In this document: positions 28,935 to 40,765 of the stretch, one piece after another | How positions within the stretch are numbered: position 1 is the first letter of the stretch | Layout of the letters: each line of letters starts with the position of its first letter | Origin: an uncultured delta proteobacterium | GTDB taxonomy: Bacteria > Desulfobacterota > Binatia > Binatales > Binataceae | Direction: 5' to 3' | Length of the DNA stretch: 64,000 nucleotides | Assembly: GCA_963806485.1 (NCBI GenBank) | Contig: CAWDXY010000004.1 | Span: 613,801 to 677,800, forward strand | Translations under genes and position numbers: made by a program | The notes under the pieces: generated by a model | Databases searched by the model: none | What the model saw: only the letters and a program-made list of their open reading frames with translations | Told to the model about the DNA's origin: nothing

Positions 28935-29501
28935 CTACTTGCCGTTCGTGGGGATATCGACGAACACCGCGGCCGCGACCACCGACGACCAGATGCCGTC
29001 GCGATCGCCGATGGCAGACTGCGTCACGTTGCGAGTCGTCACGATCTTGTCCGACATGCGCCACAGATCCTTGCGCTCGTCGTAGCTGAGATTCGGATCG
29101 AAATCGACGCCAAGAATTGTCGCCAGCATCATCGCGGCCAGGTCCTCGGCATAGTCGCCGGCCTTCTGGTCGGTCTCGCCCGTGCTGTGATGCTCGGACA
29201 GGTATCCGTACTGGGCCGGATTGCTGGGCAGCGCAACTCCCACCGACGACGCGATCAACCGATGCGGTTCGTTGGTCGCGTTGTCGCTCATCACGGCAAA
29301 AACGATCTGTCCCGGCGTCAGGTACTTCAAGCCTTCCTGCTGGCTGAGCAGTTTGCAGTTGGGCGGAAAAATCGATTTGACGCGCACGAGGTTGAACTCG
29401 GCGATTCCCGCGGAACGCAGCGCGAGCTCGAAAGAAGTCAGCTTCTCGCGATGGCGCCCCACGCCCTTGGTCAGAAATGTCCCTTTCGGGATCGGCCCCA
29501 T
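28935..29501 (-). CDS. pdaD: Pyruvoyl-dependent arginine decarboxylase family protein
   Basis: SFELALRSAGIAEFNLVRVKSIFPP, GYLSEHH and AAAVF. The cleavage site reads K-S rather than S-S. Confidence 0.8.
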   Translation of the reverse strand: MGPIPKGTFLTKGVGRHREKLTSFELALRSAGIAEFNLVRVKSIFPPNCKLLSQQEGLKYLTPGQIVFAVMSDNATNEPHRLIASSVGVALPSNPAQYGYLSEHHSTGETDQKAGDYAEDLAAMMLATILGVDFDPNLSYDERKDLWRMSDKIVTTRNVTQSAIGDRDGIWSSVVAAAVFVDIPTNGK

Positions 29502-29557
29502 TTATTTTCTCTCCTCTCCGATTCCGTTTTGTTTTATACGAATCCGCCGGCCCAACG

Positions 29558-31231
<1,674 letters not shown>

Positions 31232-31237
31232 CGTGTT

Positions 31238-31741
31238 CTACTCGATAACGATCATGAGTTGGCCTTTCTCGACGGCCTGGCCCGCGACTACCTTCACCTC
31301 GACGACCTTGCCGGCCTTTGGCGATTTGACTTCGTTTTCCATTTTCATCGCCTCGACGACGATGATTCCCTGCTCTGCTTTCACTTCGTCTCCGGGGGCG
31401 ACCAGCACGTTGACGACCCGCCCCGGCATCGCGGATTTTATTTCCACGCGGCCGCTGACTTCGCGCCGCTTGCCGGCGGCGCGCGCCGTGCGCCGAGCCG
31501 CATCGGCGACTGTCAGCCGCGTCGATCCGATCCGCGACGCGACTACAGTTTCCTCGCCGTCGCGCGCCACGTCAAAATCGAACGAGCGATTGTCGACGAT
31601 CACTGAAAACGACACCGGCCCGACTCTGCGCAAATCGGCTTCGAAGCGATCTTTGCCGAAACTAATCGAGAACGAGTCGGCTGCGAGCTCTTCAATCTCG
31701 ATTTCGTGTTCGTTGCCGTCAAGAATCGCGAGGTATCGCAT
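31238..31741 (-). CDS. Biotin carboxyl carrier subunit of acyl-CoA carboxylase
   Basis: Biotinylation motif EAMKMENE. Confidence 0.92.
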   Translation of the reverse strand: MRYLAILDGNEHEIEIEELAADSFSISFGKDRFEADLRRVGPVSFSVIVDNRSFDFDVARDGEETVVASRIGSTRLTVADAARRTARAAGKRREVSGRVEIKSAMPGRVVNVLVAPGDEVKAEQGIIVVEAMKMENEVKSPKAGKVVEVKVVAGQAVEKGQLMIVIE

Positions 31742-31756
31742 CGACAGGGTTCCCGG

Positions 31757-33271
31757 CTATCGCCGCAGCATGTCGAGGCGGCCGATCATGCGCCATGCGG
31801 ACGCACTCGGAGCCGTCACCGGCTGCGGGCCGGCGCCGTTGGCGTGATTGGTGCTCTTCTGCGCCGCGATCGCGGCAAGGAAAATCGCGGCCAGCTCCGC
31901 ACCGCGCGGCGCGGCGCCGTTTTCATTCGGATGAAATTCCTGGTTGATGAAATTGGTGTCGAAATCGCCCTTCAAAAACCTGGGATGCGTCATGATCCAT
32001 CGATGGAAATCGAGGTTGGTGCGCAAGTCACCGGAAATTACGAATTCGCCGAGCGCGCGACGCATCCGGTCGATCGCCTGCTCGCGACTCGCGCCCCACA
32101 CCGCCAGCTTCGAGATCATAGGATCGTAAAAGACCGGCACTTCGGCGCCCGCGTAAACACCGGCGTCGTTGCGCACGCCCGGACCGTCGGGAAATCTCAG
32201 CGTTTCGATCTTTCCGGGGGCCGGCACGAAGCCGGCTGCGGGATCCTCGGCATAGATGCGGCACTCGATCGCCCATCCGCGCTGCGCGAGATCCTTTTGC
32301 TTGAAGGGCAGCTTCGCGCCCGCAGCAATTTCGATTTGCGTGCGCACGAGATCGACGCCTGTCACCAGCTCGGTGACCGGATGCTCGACCTGGATGCGCG
32401 TGTTCATCTCGAGGAAATAAAAGTTGCGCTCCGCGTCGACCAGAAATTCGATCGTTCCAGCGCTGACGTAGTTGACCGCCTTGGCCGCGCGCACCGCGAC
32501 CTCGCCCATCTCGGCCCGCATCTTGGGCGTGATGAACGGCGATGGCGATTCCTCGACGACCTTCTGATGGCGCCGCTGTATCGAGCATTCGCGCTCGAAG
32601 ACGTGGACGGTGTTGCCGTGGGCGTCGGCGAGCACCTGCACCTCGATATGCCGCGGCTGCTTGAGAAATTTCTCGACGTAAAAGCGACCGTCGCCAAATG
32701 ACGACTTGGCCTCGCTCGCGACCGTGCGCACTACCGACGCTAGGTCTTTGTCGTTTTCGACGAAGCGCAGTCCTTTGCCGCCGCCGCCCGCGGCCGCCTT
32801 GACCATGATTGGAAACCCGATCTTTTTTGCGATCGCGGCGACTTCCGCTTCGGTCTCGAGGGTTCCCGGCGAGCCCGGCACGACAGGCACTCCGGCGGCC
32901 GACATTAATTTGCGCGCGGCGACCTTGTCGCCCATTTGCTCGATAGCTTCGGGGGGCGGCCCGATCCAGTTGAGGCCCGCCTTCTGCACCGCGCGTGCGA
33001 ACGCGGCGCGCTCGGAGAAAAAGCCGTAACCCGGATGAACCGCGTCAGCCTTTGTGCGTTTCGCTGCTTCAAGAATTTTCGCGGTGTTAAGATAGCTCTC
33101 GGCCGCCGGCGCGGGACCGACCGGGTACGCATGATCGGCTTCGCGCACGTGCAGTGCGGCGCGATCAGCGTCCGAATAGACGGCGACCGATTCGACGCCC
33201 AACTCGCGGCATGCGCGGATGATCCGCACTGCGATCTCGCCGCGGTTGGCGATTAGGATTCGCTTGAACAT
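31757..33271 (-). CDS. accC: Biotin carboxylase subunit (propionyl/acetyl-CoA carboxylase)
   Basis: ILIANRGEIA, HPGYGF, GGGGKG, RECSIQRRHQK, EMNTRIQVEHPVTE, YDPMISK. RBS AGGAG before ATG 33271. Confidence 0.93.
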   Translation of the reverse strand: MFKRILIANRGEIAVRIIRACRELGVESVAVYSDADRAALHVREADHAYPVGPAPAAESYLNTAKILEAAKRTKADAVHPGYGFFSERAAFARAVQKAGLNWIGPPPEAIEQMGDKVAARKLMSAAGVPVVPGSPGTLETEAEVAAIAKKIGFPIMVKAAAGGGGKGLRFVENDKDLASVVRTVASEAKSSFGDGRFYVEKFLKQPRHIEVQVLADAHGNTVHVFERECSIQRRHQKVVEESPSPFITPKMRAEMGEVAVRAAKAVNYVSAGTIEFLVDAERNFYFLEMNTRIQVEHPVTELVTGVDLVRTQIEIAAGAKLPFKQKDLAQRGWAIECRIYAEDPAAGFVPAPGKIETLRFPDGPGVRNDAGVYAGAEVPVFYDPMISKLAVWGASREQAIDRMRRALGEFVISGDLRTNLDFHRWIMTHPRFLKGDFDTNFINQEFHPNENGAAPRGAELAAIFLAAIAAQKSTNHANGAGPQPVTAPSASAWRMIGRLDMLRR

Positions 33272-33343
33272 CAATCTCCTCTGGCTAACTAAATTTTATA
33301 CTGAATTCGGCCCACGCGAGCTAACTGCGCGCGTCAGATGAGC

Positions 33344-33386
33344 AAGAACCTAACCCCTAACCCCTTCCCGCGCGGGAAGGGGGACC
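33344..33386. repeat. REP-like palindromic repeat, family 1, copy b
   Basis: AAGAACCTAACCCCTAACCCCTTCCC-GCGC-GGGAAGGGGGACC, matching 11551-11594. Confidence 0.8.
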
Positions 33387-33429
33387 GGATTTGGGAAGGA
33401 CGGCGGGATCCTGAATCGCGCGGGCTTTC

Positions 33430-34980
33430 TCAAAGCGGGATGTTGCCGTGCTTGCGCGGAGGATTCTTTTCGCGCTTGTTCGCGAGCGCCTTCAGCGCGC
33501 CGATGACCCTGGGACGCGTGTCGCGCGGCATGATAACCTCATCTATATAGCCAAGTTCCGCCGCCTTGAAGGGATTCGCAAAAGTTTTGCGATAGTCCTC
33601 GGCCAGCCGCGTGCGCTCGACGACCGCATCCTTGGCCTTCGCAAGCTCGTTGCGAAAAACAATGTTGATCGCCTGCTCGGGACCCATCACGGCGATCTCG
33701 GCGCTCGGATACGCAAAGTTGAAATCGCCGCGAATGTGCTTCGACGACATGACGTCGTACGCGCCGCCGTAGGCCTTGCGCGTTATCACCGTCACCTTGG
33801 GCACGGTCGCCTCGCAAAACGCATACAGAAGTTTCGCGCCATGGCGGATAATTCCGGCGAACTCCTGCTGGGTGCCGGGCAGGAAACCGGGCACGTCGAC
33901 GAATGTGACGATCGGAATATTGAACGCGTCGCAAAACCGCACGAAACGCGCGGCTTTCACCGACGCGTCGATATCGAGAGCTCCCGCCAGGAACGACGGC
34001 TGATTCGCGACGATACCGATCGAGTATCCGCCCATCCGCGCAAACCCGATCAACATGTTCTGCGCGTAGTCCTTCTGCACTTCCAGCAAATGGCCGTCGT
34101 CGACCACGCGCCGGATAATCTCGCCCATGTCGTAGGGCTTGGTGGGATTTTCGGGAACGATCGAGTCGAGCGCGGCATCAGTGCGAGCTGGATCGTCACC
34201 GCTCGCGACGAACGGAGGATCCTCGACATTGTTCGAGGGGAGATACGAGATCAGTTCGCGAATCATCGCGAGCGCGCCGGCGTCGTCGTCGGCCTCAAGA
34301 TGGCACACGCCGGACTTCTGACTATGCGTATCGGCGCCGCCCAGCTCCTGCATCGTGACTTCCTCATGCGTGGTCGCCCTGATCACGTCGGGGCCGGTGA
34401 GGAACATGTACGACGTATCGCGCACCATCACGATGAAATCGGTTATCGCCGGCGAATACACCGCGCCGCCGGCGCATGGTCCCATGATCGCGGAAATTTG
34501 CGGAATGACCCCCGATGACATCACGTTGCGCAGAAAAATATCCGCGTAGCCCGCCAGCGACACGACGCCTTCCTGGATTCGCGCGCCGCTGCCGTCGTTG
34601 AGGCCTATTACCGGACAGCCGGTCCTCGCGGCGAGATCCATCACCTTGCAGACCTTCTCCGCGAAGGCGCCCGAGAGGCTGCCACCGAAGACCGTGAAAT
34701 CGTGGCTGAAGATGCAGACCTGGCGGCCGTCGATCGTGCCGTAGCCGGTGACTACGCCGTCGCCGGGAATTTTCTTCTCAGCCATGTCGAAGTCGGTGAT
34801 GCGATGGGTCTTGAACTTGTCGATCTCGACGAACGATCCGCGGTCGAGGAGAAACTCGACGCGCTCGCGCGCGGTCATACGGCCCTGAGCGCGTTGCTTC
34901 TTGACGCGATCGGCGCCGCCGGCGGCCTCCGCTTCGAGGGTGAGCTCCTTGAGTCGTTCGAGATTTTCTTTAAGGCCCAT
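33430..34980 (-). CDS. pccB: Propionyl-CoA carboxylase beta (carboxyltransferase) subunit
   Basis: [54 protein letters not shown]. Confidence 0.95.
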   Translation of the reverse strand: MGLKENLERLKELTLEAEAAGGADRVKKQRAQGRMTARERVEFLLDRGSFVEIDKFKTHRITDFDMAEKKIPGDGVVTGYGTIDGRQVCIFSHDFTVFGGSLSGAFAEKVCKVMDLAARTGCPVIGLNDGSGARIQEGVVSLAGYADIFLRNVMSSGVIPQISAIMGPCAGGAVYSPAITDFIVMVRDTSYMFLTGPDVIRATTHEEVTMQELGGADTHSQKSGVCHLEADDDAGALAMIRELISYLPSNNVEDPPFVASGDDPARTDAALDSIVPENPTKPYDMGEIIRRVVDDGHLLEVQKDYAQNMLIGFARMGGYSIGIVANQPSFLAGALDIDASVKAARFVRFCDAFNIPIVTFVDVPGFLPGTQQEFAGIIRHGAKLLYAFCEATVPKVTVITRKAYGGAYDVMSSKHIRGDFNFAYPSAEIAVMGPEQAINIVFRNELAKAKDAVVERTRLAEDYRKTFANPFKAAELGYIDEVIMPRDTRPRVIGALKALANKREKNPPRKHGNIPL

Positions 34981-35013
34981 TTTTCACAACCGCGATCAAG
35001 TTGGATGGACGGC

Positions 35014-35039
35014 AAACAAAAAGGCGCCCGCCACGCGCC
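35014..35039 (-). terminator. Possible intrinsic terminator between DUF192 and pccB
   Basis: On the minus strand, GGCGC-N7-GCGCC is followed by TTTTTGTTT. The stem is short. Confidence 0.35.
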
Positions 35040-35085
35040 ACGGCAAGATAGATACCGCAAGTGGGCGGACGGTTAAAGCGCCCGA

Positions 35086-35568
35086 CTACTGCGACGCGTG
35101 GGTTGAAAATCCGGAGAAGTCCATTCGGTCGCCGGACTTGATGCCGTGCTTTGCGCAGAATCCGCCGTTCACTTCGAGCACGTACTCCGAGTTGCCATCG
35201 ACACCGAGCACCTTGTCGGAGAATGGCTCCGCGTTGGCGACGATTCCGGTCACCTTGCCCACCGCGTCCGCAAAAATCATGTCGAGCGGAATCGGCGTAT
35301 TGTGCATCCAGAAATTGCGCGGCGCCGCGTCGGGAAAGACAAAGATCATCCCGGCGTTGTCGTCGAGGTGCTTGCGATACATCAGGCCGAGCTCGCGCTG
35401 CGGCCCGGTGTTCGCCACTTCGACCGCGACGGTGGCGCGCGGCTTGCCGTCGGCGCCGACGATCGAGACGCATGGACCGCGGGCGCATCCGAGCAGCGCG
35501 AACAGGACGGCGACGAGCGCGAACGGGCCGACCCGGATGCGCAAGCGTCGATGCGGCTCTGCTTCCAT
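35086..35568 (-). CDS. DUF192 family exported protein
   Basis: VEVANT..QRELGLMYR, GMIFVF, FWMHNTPIPLDMIF, YVLEVNGG. Confidence 0.9.
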   Translation of the reverse strand: MEAEPHRRLRIRVGPFALVAVLFALLGCARGPCVSIVGADGKPRATVAVEVANTGPQRELGLMYRKHLDDNAGMIFVFPDAAPRNFWMHNTPIPLDMIFADAVGKVTGIVANAEPFSDKVLGVDGNSEYVLEVNGGFCAKHGIKSGDRMDFSGFSTHASQ

Positions 35569-35606
35569 GCCGGCGCAAATCTAGCGCGTCGATGAGCCGC
35601 GGGGAA

Positions 35607-36935
35607 TCAGATCACGTTCGCTTCAGGAGAAATTTCCTCGAGCTCACGGCCCGAGGTCTCCGGAAGGAACCACATGATCGCCGGCGCGACCATCCAGAAA
35701 ACCGTCAGGTAGCAAACCGCGCGCGCATGCGAGCCGGTAAAGTTGAACAGCACACCCTCGAGGAACAGCCCGAGTGCGCCGCCGGTGGTGCCTGCGACTG
35801 CGAGCGCGCTGCCTGCCGTCGAACGATATGAGGTCGGGAACAATTCCGCGCTGTACGCACCCAGGATCATGCCCGCCGCGATGTCGAAAAATGTTTCCAG
35901 TATCCACGCCGGGACGACTGACCACCCTGGCGCCGTGTACATCCAAATGGTCAGGATCGGCGACAGGAACAGGAATGCGGTGCCCATCACGCGCCGCCCG
36001 TAGCGATCGCTCAGCCGGCCCGCGACGATCGAGCCCATAATTCCGAGCGCACCGCCGAAAAAAACCAACGACGAGACGTTGCCCGGCGACCAATGATGCG
36101 CCTCCTGCAGAAACTTCGGAAACAGAAAGCCGGCAGCGTTGCCGCCCATCGAGCCAAGGAAGGCGATCGACAGCATCATGACGAGCCGTCCCGGATACGC
36201 GCGGTATAGCTGAGCGAGCGGCTCCCAGATCTTCACCGGCCGCAGCCCTTCGAGTTTCTCCTTCTCGAAGCGCGTGCTTTCAGGCAGCACGCGGCGCAGC
36301 GGAATTATGAGTACCAGCGGCACCAGCGCGATCGCGTACAGACCGCGCCATCCGTAAGGAATCGTATTGATAAATGCGAACACAATCGCGGCCAGGCCGT
36401 AGCCCACGTTCGACACCGCGCTGAGCAAGCCAATCGCCCAGCCGCGATGGGCGGCGTCGACTTCCTCCGCGACTATTACCATCGCGATCGCGGCTTCGGC
36501 GCCCGCGAACGCGCGCGCAATTATCTCGAACGCGACGAAAGTCCGCGCGTTTGGCGCGATCGCGATAAGGCCGGTGAAAATCGTGTAGCCGAAGACCGTG
36601 TAGAGCAGCAGGCGGCGGCGCCCGAACACGTCGGCAAAGGGCGTCATCAGCAGCGACAGCAAATAGCCGAGCCGGATCACCGAGAGGACGGCGCCCAGGT
36701 GCGATTCCGCGATCTTGAGGCCCGCCTGGATTTGCTTGAGCGCGAGACTCAGCAGCGCACGATCGTATTGATCGAAAAATCCGGCCGTCGACGCAATCCA
36801 GAAAACCCGGCGCTGCCTTTTGGTGAACGGCGGCGTCCTGCCCAGGAATCCAAGATGGACGCTCTTGCGGTCCGCGTCCTCGGCCGAGGCTTCAGGTACG
36901 GGCTTCAAGTCCAGCTTGGCGGCGGGATCGTTCAT
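35607..36935 (-). CDS. MFS transporter
   Basis: About 12 hydrophobic segments and MFS motif A (ADVFGRRR; SDRYGRR). Confidence 0.9.
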   Translation of the reverse strand: MNDPAAKLDLKPVPEASAEDADRKSVHLGFLGRTPPFTKRQRRVFWIASTAGFFDQYDRALLSLALKQIQAGLKIAESHLGAVLSVIRLGYLLSLLMTPFADVFGRRRLLLYTVFGYTIFTGLIAIAPNARTFVAFEIIARAFAGAEAAIAMVIVAEEVDAAHRGWAIGLLSAVSNVGYGLAAIVFAFINTIPYGWRGLYAIALVPLVLIIPLRRVLPESTRFEKEKLEGLRPVKIWEPLAQLYRAYPGRLVMMLSIAFLGSMGGNAAGFLFPKFLQEAHHWSPGNVSSLVFFGGALGIMGSIVAGRLSDRYGRRVMGTAFLFLSPILTIWMYTAPGWSVVPAWILETFFDIAAGMILGAYSAELFPTSYRSTAGSALAVAGTTGGALGLFLEGVLFNFTGSHARAVCYLTVFWMVAPAIMWFLPETSGRELEEISPEANVI

Positions 36936-36940
36936 CGGGA

Positions 36941-38146
36941 TTAATCGATCGCCAGCGGCAATGATTCGAGACCGCGCAGAAAGTACGATCCTTTGTAGAC
37001 TGGTTTCATCGCGGGATCCTTCAGCCGCAGCCGCGGGAACCGCGCCAGCATTGCCTCGAATGCGATCCTTGCCTCCATCCGCGCCAGCGGCGCGCCGATG
37101 CAGAAGTGGATTCCCTCGCCGAACGCCACGTGATCATTCGGATCGCGCGCGATGTCGAATTTTTCAGGATCCTTGAATTGCGCCGGGTCGCGATTCGCCG
37201 CAGCTACGATCATCAGCGCGAATGCGCCCGCGGGAATATCGGTGCCGCCGAGCTGCACGGGTTCCCTGGTGAACCGCACCGTCGATTGCACCGGACCGTC
37301 GTAACGCAGCATTTCTTCGATCGCGCGCGGCAGCATTGCCGGGTTGCGCTTGAGCGTTTCGAATTGATCGGGATTGCGCCCAAGCGCGAGCGTGCCGTTG
37401 CCGATCAGATTGGTCGTCGTCTCATTGCCCGCGACCAGCAGCAGCGTGACGAAGCTCAGCAGATCCGGCGCTGACATCACGTCGCCTTCGTCGTGCGCGG
37501 CGACCAGCGCGCTCACCAGGTCGGGCCCCGGATTGGCGCGGCGCTTTTCGATCTCGGCCGTGAAGTAGTCGCCCAATTCGTCGATCACGCGCATCCTCTC
37601 GGGCGTCTGCGGACTGCCGGGCGCGTTGTTGTCGCCGGCTATGATCGCGTCGGACCAATGCTTGAACCTGGCGTTGAGCTCTGGCGGCACGCCGAGCATC
37701 TCCGCGATCACGGTGACCGGGAGCACGTTGGCGAGGTCCGCCATCAGGTCGAACTCGCCTTTGGCTTCGACCTTGTCGAGCAGTTCTTTTGCGATCTCGC
37801 GGATGCGTGGCTCGAGATCGCGGATTCGCCGGGGCGTGAAATCGCGCGACACCAGCCGGCGCAAGCGCGAATGTTGCGGCGGATCGGAACCCAGCATGTT
37901 GCGCGAACCCTTAAAGCGGCCCTGGTAAACCTGCTCGGGCGGCGGCATCGGCTGGACGCTCGACAGATGCTCATGGTCGCGCAGACCCGCGGTTACATCG
38001 GCATAGCGCGCCACCAGCGCAAACGTCATCGGTCCGGCATTGACGAGAGGCGGCGGTCCCGCCAGCAGCGGGTCATAGTGCGGATACGGATTCGCGCGGA
38101 ATTCGGGATCCCAAATGTTGAAATACACTTCTGTCGCTTCGGCCAT
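36941..38146 (-). CDS. Cytochrome P450 (third in the tandem)
   Basis: I-helix LLVAGNETT, EEMLRYD, and heme motif FGEGIHFCIG. Confidence 0.95.
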   Translation of the reverse strand: MAEATEVYFNIWDPEFRANPYPHYDPLLAGPPPLVNAGPMTFALVARYADVTAGLRDHEHLSSVQPMPPPEQVYQGRFKGSRNMLGSDPPQHSRLRRLVSRDFTPRRIRDLEPRIREIAKELLDKVEAKGEFDLMADLANVLPVTVIAEMLGVPPELNARFKHWSDAIIAGDNNAPGSPQTPERMRVIDELGDYFTAEIEKRRANPGPDLVSALVAAHDEGDVMSAPDLLSFVTLLLVAGNETTTNLIGNGTLALGRNPDQFETLKRNPAMLPRAIEEMLRYDGPVQSTVRFTREPVQLGGTDIPAGAFALMIVAAANRDPAQFKDPEKFDIARDPNDHVAFGEGIHFCIGAPLARMEARIAFEAMLARFPRLRLKDPAMKPVYKGSYFLRGLESLPLAID

Positions 38147-38161
38147 GATCGATCCCCTCGC

Positions 38162-39367
38162 TCAATCAGTCGCCATCATGAGCGACGCCAATCCGCGGAG
38201 GAAGTACGAACCTTTATAGGTCACTGGCGCGGCGGGATCTTTCAACCGCAGGCGCGGGAAGCGCTCGAGCATCGCGCCGATCGCGATCGCTCCCTCCATC
38301 CGCGCCAGCGGCGCGCCGATACAGAAGTGGATGCCCTCGCCCAGCGCGACGTGGTCGCGAGGCGGGCGCGCGATATCGAAGCGATCGGGATCTTCGAACT
38401 GCGCCGGATCGCGATTCGCCGCGGCGAGGATTATGAAGCATCCCTGGTTGGCCGGCAGGTCGGTGCCGCCCAGGTTTATGTCTTCCTTGGTGAAGCGAAT
38501 CGTCGATTGCACCGGTCCGTCGTAGCGCAGGATTTCTTCGATCGCGCGCGGCATCAATTCCGGGCTTTGCCGGAGCAGATTCATCTGCGCGGGATTGCGG
38601 CCGAGCGCGAGCATCCCGTTGCCGATCAGATTGGTGGTGGTCTCGTTGCCGGCCAGCAGCAGAAGCAACACGAACGCCAGCAGCTCGTCGGCGTTCATTG
38701 CTTCGGCGTCGTCGTGCGCGGCGACGAGAGCGCTCACCAGGTCGGTGCCGGGATTCTTGCGGCGGCGCTCGATCTCCTCGGCGAAATAATTGCGCAGCGC
38801 ATTTTTCGCGGTATGAAATTCCTCGGGCAGCGGAGTGCCGGGCAAAGTGTTGTCGCCCGAGACCACCGTGTCGGACCAGTGCTTGAATTGCGGATAGTGG
38901 TCCGGCGGCACGCCGAGCATCTCCGCGATAACCATCACCGGCAGCGCGTTCGCGATCCCGTGCATTACTTCGAACTCGCCCTTGCCGTCGGCGGCGTCGA
39001 TAAGATCTTTCGCGATCTCGCGGATGCGCGGTTCCATGTCGCGGATTCGCCGCGGTGTGAAATCACGCGAGACCAGGCGGCGCAGCCGCGTATGGAGGGG
39101 AGGATCGGAAAACAGCATCGTGCGCGCACCGGCGAACGGTCCCTCGTCGTTGGGCTCGGAAGGATCGCGCGGCCGCACGCTCGAGAAATGAGCATGGTCG
39201 CGGAGCACGGCCGTCACGTCGGCATAGCGCGTGACCATCGCGGTCGGCCCGAACAGATCGAGAATTCGCGGCGGACCCGCCAGCAGCGGCTTGTAATGCG
39301 GATATGGATTGGCGCGAAACGCGGGATCCCAGGGGTTGAAATAGATGTTTTCCGCGGCCTGATTCAT
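38162..39367 (-). CDS. Cytochrome P450 (second in the tandem)
   Basis: LLLAGNETT, EEILRYD, LGEGIHFCIG. Confidence 0.95.
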   Translation of the reverse strand: MNQAAENIYFNPWDPAFRANPYPHYKPLLAGPPRILDLFGPTAMVTRYADVTAVLRDHAHFSSVRPRDPSEPNDEGPFAGARTMLFSDPPLHTRLRRLVSRDFTPRRIRDMEPRIREIAKDLIDAADGKGEFEVMHGIANALPVMVIAEMLGVPPDHYPQFKHWSDTVVSGDNTLPGTPLPEEFHTAKNALRNYFAEEIERRRKNPGTDLVSALVAAHDDAEAMNADELLAFVLLLLLAGNETTTNLIGNGMLALGRNPAQMNLLRQSPELMPRAIEEILRYDGPVQSTIRFTKEDINLGGTDLPANQGCFIILAAANRDPAQFEDPDRFDIARPPRDHVALGEGIHFCIGAPLARMEGAIAIGAMLERFPRLRLKDPAAPVTYKGSYFLRGLASLMMATD

Positions 39368-39542
39368 GGTGAGACTTCCTTTTGCGTAGATTTCACTTTT
39401 GTTCGCACCTCATCGCACGCGCCGCGCGCGTATGCGCCGCGCACTACGGAGCAATCCCAGTGCCACCGCATGCACCTACGCCAACACGCGTGTTTTCATC
39501 GCATGGACCTGCATCGATGCGACTGCATGCAGTCCCGCGATG

Positions 39543-40763
39543 TCACTTGAGCGCCATTTCGAGACGGCTGAGTCCGCGCAGGAAATACGAGCCCTTGTAG
39601 GTGACAGGGGCGTCGGGATTTTTCAGCCGGAGATTTGGGAAACGTTCGAGAGCACTGCCAATCGCGATCGATCCTTCCATCCGGGCCAGGGGCGCGCCGA
39701 TGCAGAAATGGATTCCCTCGCCGAACGCTACCTGCTCGTTGGATTCGCGCGTGATATCGAATTTTTCAGGGTCTTTGAATTGCGCCGGGTCCCGATTCGC
39801 CGCCGCGATTATCACGAACACGCCCATCCCGGCCGCGATCAGCGTCCCGCCGACGGTCGTGTCCTTGGTCGCCGTGCGGAACGTCGCCTGCACCGGACCG
39901 TCGTATCGCAGCATCTCCTCGATCGCGCCGCGCATCAGGCCCGGGTTCGATCGCAGCGCCGCCATCGAGGCCGGATTGCGTCCGAGCGCGAGCATCCCGT
40001 TGCCGATCAGGTTGGTGGTCGTCTCGTTGCCCGCGAGCAGCAGCAGCACGACGAATTGCAGCAGCTCATCGGCGCTCAGCGCTTCGGCTTCATCGTGCGC
40101 CGCGACCAAAGCGCTGACCAGGTCAGGTCCGGGACTCTTCCGCCGCCGGCCGATCTCCTCGGTGAAGTACGCCTTCAATTCGACGAACGCGGGCTTGATT
40201 TCGTCGGGGATCGGCGCGCCGGGGAGAGTGTTGTCAGCTTCGATAATTTTGTCTGACCAATTTTTGAACTGCTGGTATTCCGAGGGCGGCACTCCGAGCA
40301 GATCGCTGATCACCATCACCGGCAGTGGATTGGCAAGATCCGTCATCACGTCGAACTCGCCCCTGCGCTCAGCAGCTTCGAGGAGATTTTTCGCGATCTC
40401 GCGAATGCGCGGTTCCAGCTCGCGGATTCGTCGCGGCGTGAAGTCGCGCGAGACCAGCCGTCGCAGCCGCGTTTGCGTCGGAGGATCGGAGCCGAGCATC
40501 GTTGGCGCGTCGCCAAATGCTTTCGCTTGCTCATCGAACATAATCCCCGTGGGCGGCACGCTCGAAAATGCGGCATGGTCCATCAGGATGGCTCGCACAT
40601 CGGCGTAGCGCGCGGCGAGCACGAACTTGAAGCGCATGTCGATAATTCGCGGCGGTCCCGCAAGCAGCGGGTGATAGTGCGGGTACGGATTCGCGCGAAA
40701 GTTCTCGTCCCACGGATTGAAGTAGACCTGCTGCGCGGCCTCGGTCGCGATTGCTTCGCTCAT
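39543..40763 (-). CDS. Cytochrome P450 (first in the tandem)
   Basis: LLLAGNETT, EEMLRYD, FGEGIHFCIG. ATG 40763 lies immediately after the TetR stop. Confidence 0.95.
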   Translation of the reverse strand: MSEAIATEAAQQVYFNPWDENFRANPYPHYHPLLAGPPRIIDMRFKFVLAARYADVRAILMDHAAFSSVPPTGIMFDEQAKAFGDAPTMLGSDPPTQTRLRRLVSRDFTPRRIRELEPRIREIAKNLLEAAERRGEFDVMTDLANPLPVMVISDLLGVPPSEYQQFKNWSDKIIEADNTLPGAPIPDEIKPAFVELKAYFTEEIGRRRKSPGPDLVSALVAAHDEAEALSADELLQFVVLLLLAGNETTTNLIGNGMLALGRNPASMAALRSNPGLMRGAIEEMLRYDGPVQATFRTATKDTTVGGTLIAAGMGVFVIIAAANRDPAQFKDPEKFDITRESNEQVAFGEGIHFCIGAPLARMEGSIAIGSALERFPNLRLKNPDAPVTYKGSYFLRGLSRLEMALK

Positions 40764-40765
40764 GG

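Noticed and set aside
37493-39550. 685-aa + strand ORF across the P450s, and similar long shadows (49771-51498, 43741-45075, 53961-55016, 33448-34518)
   Set aside because: Antisense shadows of GC3-rich genes with no motifs. The opposite strand has clear family signatures.
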